This document shows positions 25,527-28,829 of a DNA stretch of 28,829 bases, piece by piece. A program made the position numbers and the translations under genes. Source of the stretch: a virus (Duplodnaviria > Caudoviricetes); IMG/VR virus record IMGVR_UViG_3300044878_000053, positions 1 to 28,829 of that record; one strand, written 5' to 3'. Numbering within the stretch: position 1 is the stretch's first letter; the number at the start of each line of letters is the position of its first letter. The notes below the pieces were generated by a model. It saw only the letters and a list, made by a program, of their open reading frames with translations, was not told the DNA's origin and made no database searches.

Positions 25527-27077
25527 ATGGATGATAAACTTTTGTTGATACAGGTGATCACACTCCTGTATCGAGAGAGCCAGTTAGAGACTCGCAATTC
25601 AAACTCGAGTGACCTGGCTAACTCGGTTGTGGCCACTATCCGTATCCCAGAGACGGCTATGGAGGCTGATCGCGGACGTGAGTCGTTAAAGGCTCTGAGA
25701 ACCACCGCAATGTGGATGGCCTCAAATCCTCCCACCCAGGATTACGACAGGACGATCCTGCTTCAAAGAATACGTGTAAACGTAGGCGACGAGGATTCCC
25801 TGTATCAGGCCTTCGAAGGTGCCTCTGAGCCCCTAGAAGACATGAACCTGCTCAAGCGTATGGTGTTGGAGTTCCGTTGTGAACTGAATGCTTTCCTGAA
25901 CCGTGCACAGATCACTGAGATCTTTAAGCAGGCGAATGCGAAAGCTCTGTTCTCTCCACACACGATCGACTGGAAGAACTTCGTTAAAGATGTCATGGGT
26001 GAACTGGAGCCATTGGCTACGGTACAGACCATCGAATCGAACCCTGCGATTGTAGGCTCCGTAGACATCGATGACGACGAAGCTGTGATGGCCCTGATGA
26101 ACCAGGCGCAGGAAGAGCTATCGGCTGCTGGTGTGCTTCGTACAGGCTGGCAGGCTATTAATAGAATGTGTGGCGACCAAGGAGGCTTCCGTCGTGGGGA
26201 GTTTATTCTGCTCGGTGCACTGCAACACAACTTTAAGACAGGCTTTACACTGAACCTGTTTAAACAGATGTGTCTGTACAACATGCCGTACATGCGTGAT
26301 CCGTCCAAGAAACCGTTGATGCTACATATCTCGGCGGAGAACAACTTGATCGACAACGTCATGCAGCTCTATGTCTCTATTAAAGAGAACGAGACTGGCC
26401 AAGCTGTGGCTATCTGTGACGTGGACGAGAAAGAGGCTTCTGCATACGTCAAAGCTCGTCTGATGGGCAATGGCTACCACGTTCGTATGTTGCGTGTAGA
26501 TCCATCCCTATTCGGCTACCGAGACTTCTTCGACCTCATCGCGAAGTACGAATCGGAAGGCTACGAAGTACACGGTTGTGTGTTCGACTACCTGAACATG
26601 ATTTCCAAGCGCGGCTGTCAGCAAGGTCCCCACGGCTTTGAGACACGTGACTTGGTACGTCGCTTCCGTAACTTCACCGCACCTCGCGGTATTTGCTTCA
26701 TCACTCCTCATCAGCTTTCTACGCAGGCTAAAGAGCTGGTACGTTCTCAGATCGAGAACTTCGTACAGGAGATTGCCAACAAGGGTTACTACGACTCCTG
26801 CCGGACGGTCGACCAAGAGGTTGACATGGAGATCTCAATCCACATTGAGAAATTCAACGGTGAGTCTTTCCTAACCTGCCAACGCGGTAAACACCGTAAG
26901 GTAACGATCACGCCTGAGAAAGATTTGTACTGTGTATTGAAGTTCGAGAAGATCGGTAACATCCCTGACGACATTAATGGCCCTGACCGTTCTGTCCGTA
27001 AAGTGGGTGGCCGTCCTGCGAACGATGGTGGTAGCAGTAACGTTTGGTGGGAATCAGAAGAGAAGATGGCGGCCTAG
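25527..27077 (+). CDS. dnaB: DnaB-like replicative helicase (phiKZ gp118-like)
   Basis: 'LRTGWQAINRM...GGFRRGEFILLGALQHNFKTG' (variant Walker A), 'HISAEN', 'VFDYLNM' (Walker B), 'ITPHQLS', 'QEVD', 'RGKHR'. Confidence 0.88.
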   Translation: MDDKLLLIQVITLLYRESQLETRNSNSSDLANSVVATIRIPETAMEADRGRESLKALRTTAMWMASNPPTQDYDRTILLQRIRVNVGDEDSLYQAFEGASEPLEDMNLLKRMVLEFRCELNAFLNRAQITEIFKQANAKALFSPHTIDWKNFVKDVMGELEPLATVQTIESNPAIVGSVDIDDDEAVMALMNQAQEELSAAGVLRTGWQAINRMCGDQGGFRRGEFILLGALQHNFKTGFTLNLFKQMCLYNMPYMRDPSKKPLMLHISAENNLIDNVMQLYVSIKENETGQAVAICDVDEKEASAYVKARLMGNGYHVRMLRVDPSLFGYRDFFDLIAKYESEGYEVHGCVFDYLNMISKRGCQQGPHGFETRDLVRRFRNFTAPRGICFITPHQLSTQAKELVRSQIENFVQEIANKGYYDSCRTVDQEVDMEISIHIEKFNGESFLTCQRGKHRKVTITPEKDLYCVLKFEKIGNIPDDINGPDRSVRKVGGRPANDGGSSNVWWESEEKMAA

Positions 27078-27082
27078 AGGCC

Positions 27083-27114
27083 AAAAAAAAAAAAGAGTTC
27101 TTAACGCGGACTCT
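27083..27114 (-). terminator. Hairpin followed by U12 on the minus strand
   Basis: AGAGTTC/GGACTCT inverted repeat next to A12 (27083-27094), downstream of the minus-strand small genes. Confidence 0.5.
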
Positions 27115-27117
27115 CAG

Positions 27118-27158
27118 AGTAGGAGACCTTTAGGGGGTCTCCTACTTCTTTATGCCGT
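27118..27158 (+). terminator. Hairpin followed by TCTTTATGCCGT after the helicase
   Basis: AGTAGGAGACC (27118-27128) pairs with GGTCTCCTACT (27136-27146), followed by TCTTTATGCCGT. Confidence 0.78.
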
Positions 27159-27475
27159 CACTCGTCTTTGAGAGTCAGGTACATCACGCCAATGGCTTCT
27201 TCCAGAGTCGGAGCGTAGATGTCTATCGCTTCTTCGTCTGTAGCGCCGTTAGAGGTGATCTGAACGATGGTATCGGACTGGAGGTACTCTTCCACCCGAT
27301 CCGTATCGATCGCTTCCTGATTCAGCAGGTGAGCCAGCGCATCGTTAATGTCGTGACCGTAGTCGCGGTGTTCGTTGATGATGATCGTCAAACTGCCCGT
27401 AGACATTTTGTAGATCTCCAACAACATCACGTCGGTAGTCAGTTCGTCTTCGATTGGAACTTGAGTATCAGTCAT
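27158..27475 (-). CDS. Hypothetical acidic protein, 105 aa
   Basis: ATGA overlap with the upstream gene. Last gene of a three-gene minus-strand operon. Confidence 0.72.
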   Translation of the reverse strand: MTDTQVPIEDELTTDVMLLEIYKMSTGSLTIIINEHRDYGHDINDALAHLLNQEAIDTDRVEEYLQSDTIVQITSNGATDEEAIDIYAPTLEEAIGVMYLTLKDE

Positions 27476-27849
27476 TCATCGCTACTCGCAGCACGGACTA
27501 CTGTAGGACGCATCAGGATGTCCTCGAGGTAGTCATTGGTTTCTTCCATCTCTGCCAGCGTAGCCGAACGAGTGAGGTACTCGAGTACCCGGAAGGTAAC
27601 CTGGAATACTTCACCGTCTTCTTCACCACGGACGTGATAGCCCATGTGGCGGAGCTTCTTGATCATCGTGGCAATGCTGACGTCTTTGATACGGTCAGTC
27701 TTGGTCACGCCTTCACGCAACTCACTGCGAGTGAACTCGATGGTGATGTCGCTGGTGACGCCCAGCTTGATCAGGAGTTCGAAACGATCGCAGATCAGTT
27801 TGTTGATGTGATCGGCCAGGTCTTTAGTGCTAACTGCTTTAACTACCAT
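27472..27849 (-). CDS. Hypothetical protein, 125 aa
   Basis: AAGGA SD, ATG start, and coupling to the downstream gene. Confidence 0.75.
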   Translation of the reverse strand: MVVKAVSTKDLADHINKLICDRFELLIKLGVTSDITIEFTRSELREGVTKTDRIKDVSIATMIKKLRHMGYHVRGEEDGEVFQVTFRVLEYLTRSATLAEMEETNDYLEDILMRPTVVRAASSDE

Positions 27850-27880
27850 TTGTTACATTCCTTCTGAGGATTGAATTGGA

Positions 27881-28141
27881 TTAGACGTTCAGAGCTTTTT
27901 GTACTTTGGGGCCACCGGCGTAGTGGGGTTCAAGAATCCACCCACCTTTGACTTCCCGGACTAGGACGTTGGGAACGTAGGACATGCTCTCACCGACTTG
28001 CACCGTTACCCGATTACCGTCAACGCGGGTTTGCTCGAAACTCTGGTTCTTGACCAGTGCACCGTAACCTGTTTGCATTGCCTTGGTAGTGTGGTGATCG
28101 TCTTCTGACAGAATTACCCACTGATGTTTCTTACCGCCCAT
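27881..28141 (-). CDS. Hypothetical protein, 86 aa
   Basis: Strong AGGAGG SD before the ATG, downstream of a TATATTAC motif. Confidence 0.75.
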   Translation of the reverse strand: MGGKKHQWVILSEDDHHTTKAMQTGYGALVKNQSFEQTRVDGNRVTVQVGESMSYVPNVLVREVKGGWILEPHYAGGPKVQKALNV

Positions 28142-28201
28142 AAGGCCTCCTAAGGTCTATAGTTGTGGTGAACGGATCAAGTTAACTTAACCTATTCACC
28201 T

Positions 28202-28221
28202 AAGTAATATATACCTGAATT
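28202..28221 (-). promoter_or_regulatory. Putative phage early promoter with exact TATATTAC core (28204-28211)
   Basis: Minus strand AATTCAGGTATATATTACTT in an AT-rich intergenic region about 60 nt upstream of the small-gene operon. TATATTAC is the phiKZ early (virion RNAP) promoter consensus. Confidence 0.68.
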
Positions 28222-28320
28222 TCCTTTGGATCAGTTTTAATCTACATCGCTCACCTAGTAGATGAGTTGGATATGATGTCCACTCAGGGGAAACAATAAT
28301 CAAAAAAGGATAGTGTACCA

Positions 28321-28746
28321 ATGGATGCGGAAAACGCGAGAACCGTCGAACCAATAGCCATGGAAGCTGGCGAAGGTGCGGATTCTCGGCGCGGTACAGT
28401 TGTAAACGCAAAACCCAAATCGCTCGTTTCTCCCCAATCGGGGTTACTCAGTGATTGTAAATTAGCTTTAGCGGTAGCAAGTGCGATTGTCTCGCATCGG
28501 CTTCGACTTCCCCTAAAGACCACACCTGAGCAACACAGTGGTTGTGCCTTTGTTAAACCAGAGCTACCAGTCGTTGAAAGAGTCATAGACCTTCACGATG
28601 CAATGCTTGTGGAATATCGCCAGGATTCGAGTAGATCGTTGCCAAGGCAAGTTCGCTCCAACATCCGGTATCTTGTGAGAGAGTTTCTAAAACTGTCACA
28701 ACCCGTGTTCCTGTGGCCAATGGGCATAAAAGCCCAAATGCTCTAG
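28321..28746 (+). CDS. Hypothetical protein, 141 aa
   Basis: AAGGA upstream of the ATG, and the stop lies inside a hairpin followed by TTATGCCGT. The sequence is otherwise atypical and the start is uncertain. Confidence 0.5.
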   Translation: MDAENARTVEPIAMEAGEGADSRRGTVVNAKPKSLVSPQSGLLSDCKLALAVASAIVSHRLRLPLKTTPEQHSGCAFVKPELPVVERVIDLHDAMLVEYRQDSSRSLPRQVRSNIRYLVREFLKLSQPVFLWPMGIKAQML

Positions 28747-28793
28747 TAGCCTTCTTAGGAGGGCTACTAGAGCAGTCACAGTTATTATGCCGT
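28740..28793 (+). terminator. Hairpin followed by TTATGCCGT
   Basis: CTCTAGTAGCC (28741-28751) pairs with GGCTACTAGAG (28762-28772). TTATGCCGT at 28785-28793. Confidence 0.7.
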
Positions 28794-28829
28794 CACCTTT
28801 GGGATGCCGCATGTGGGAACAACCGCAGG

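Noticed and set aside
25527-27077. Possible intein or intron in the helicase or RNAP subunit
   Set aside because: Lengths are as expected for uninterrupted proteins, and I see no intein C/S...HN boundaries or homing endonuclease motifs.
27083-27094. A12 (and A10 at 17146-17155) homopolymers as phase-variation or slippage sites
   Set aside because: Both are intergenic, lie between convergent genes next to hairpins, and are better explained as minus-strand terminator U-tracts.
28196-28586. Minus-strand ORFs 28196-28411 and 28284-28586
   Set aside because: They overlap the putative early promoter region and the + strand ORF that has an SD and terminator, and they have no supporting signals.

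Overview
This 28.8 kb window looks like part of a phiKZ-like (nucleus-forming, Chimalliviridae-type) jumbo phage genome; all homology calls are from recalled motifs and synteny, not from searches. The right two-thirds follow the conserved phiKZ core block: DnaB-like helicase, small head-associated gene, major capsid protein, two conserved unknowns flanking the non-virion RNA polymerase beta (N-terminal) subunit, portal, baseplate/tail proteins and a RuvC-like resolvase, followed by small probable early genes. The left 7.2 kb is an accessory, tightly coupled + strand operon with five radical SAM/SPASM-type Fe-S proteins (two with non-canonical motifs), two unknown proteins and two paralogous HxH-type 2OG-Fe(II) oxygenases, running directly into the endolysin. 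It is the best candidate for an undescribed system, probably late-expressed protein or peptide modification machinery. Two other signals stand out: 12 tandem 17-19 aa 'L-x-G-F-D-Y' peptides at the C-terminus of the large baseplate protein, and a recurring 'hairpin + T(A/G)TGCCG' signal at eight gene ends, often without a U-tract. No rRNA, tRNA, CRISPR array or mobile element was seen.
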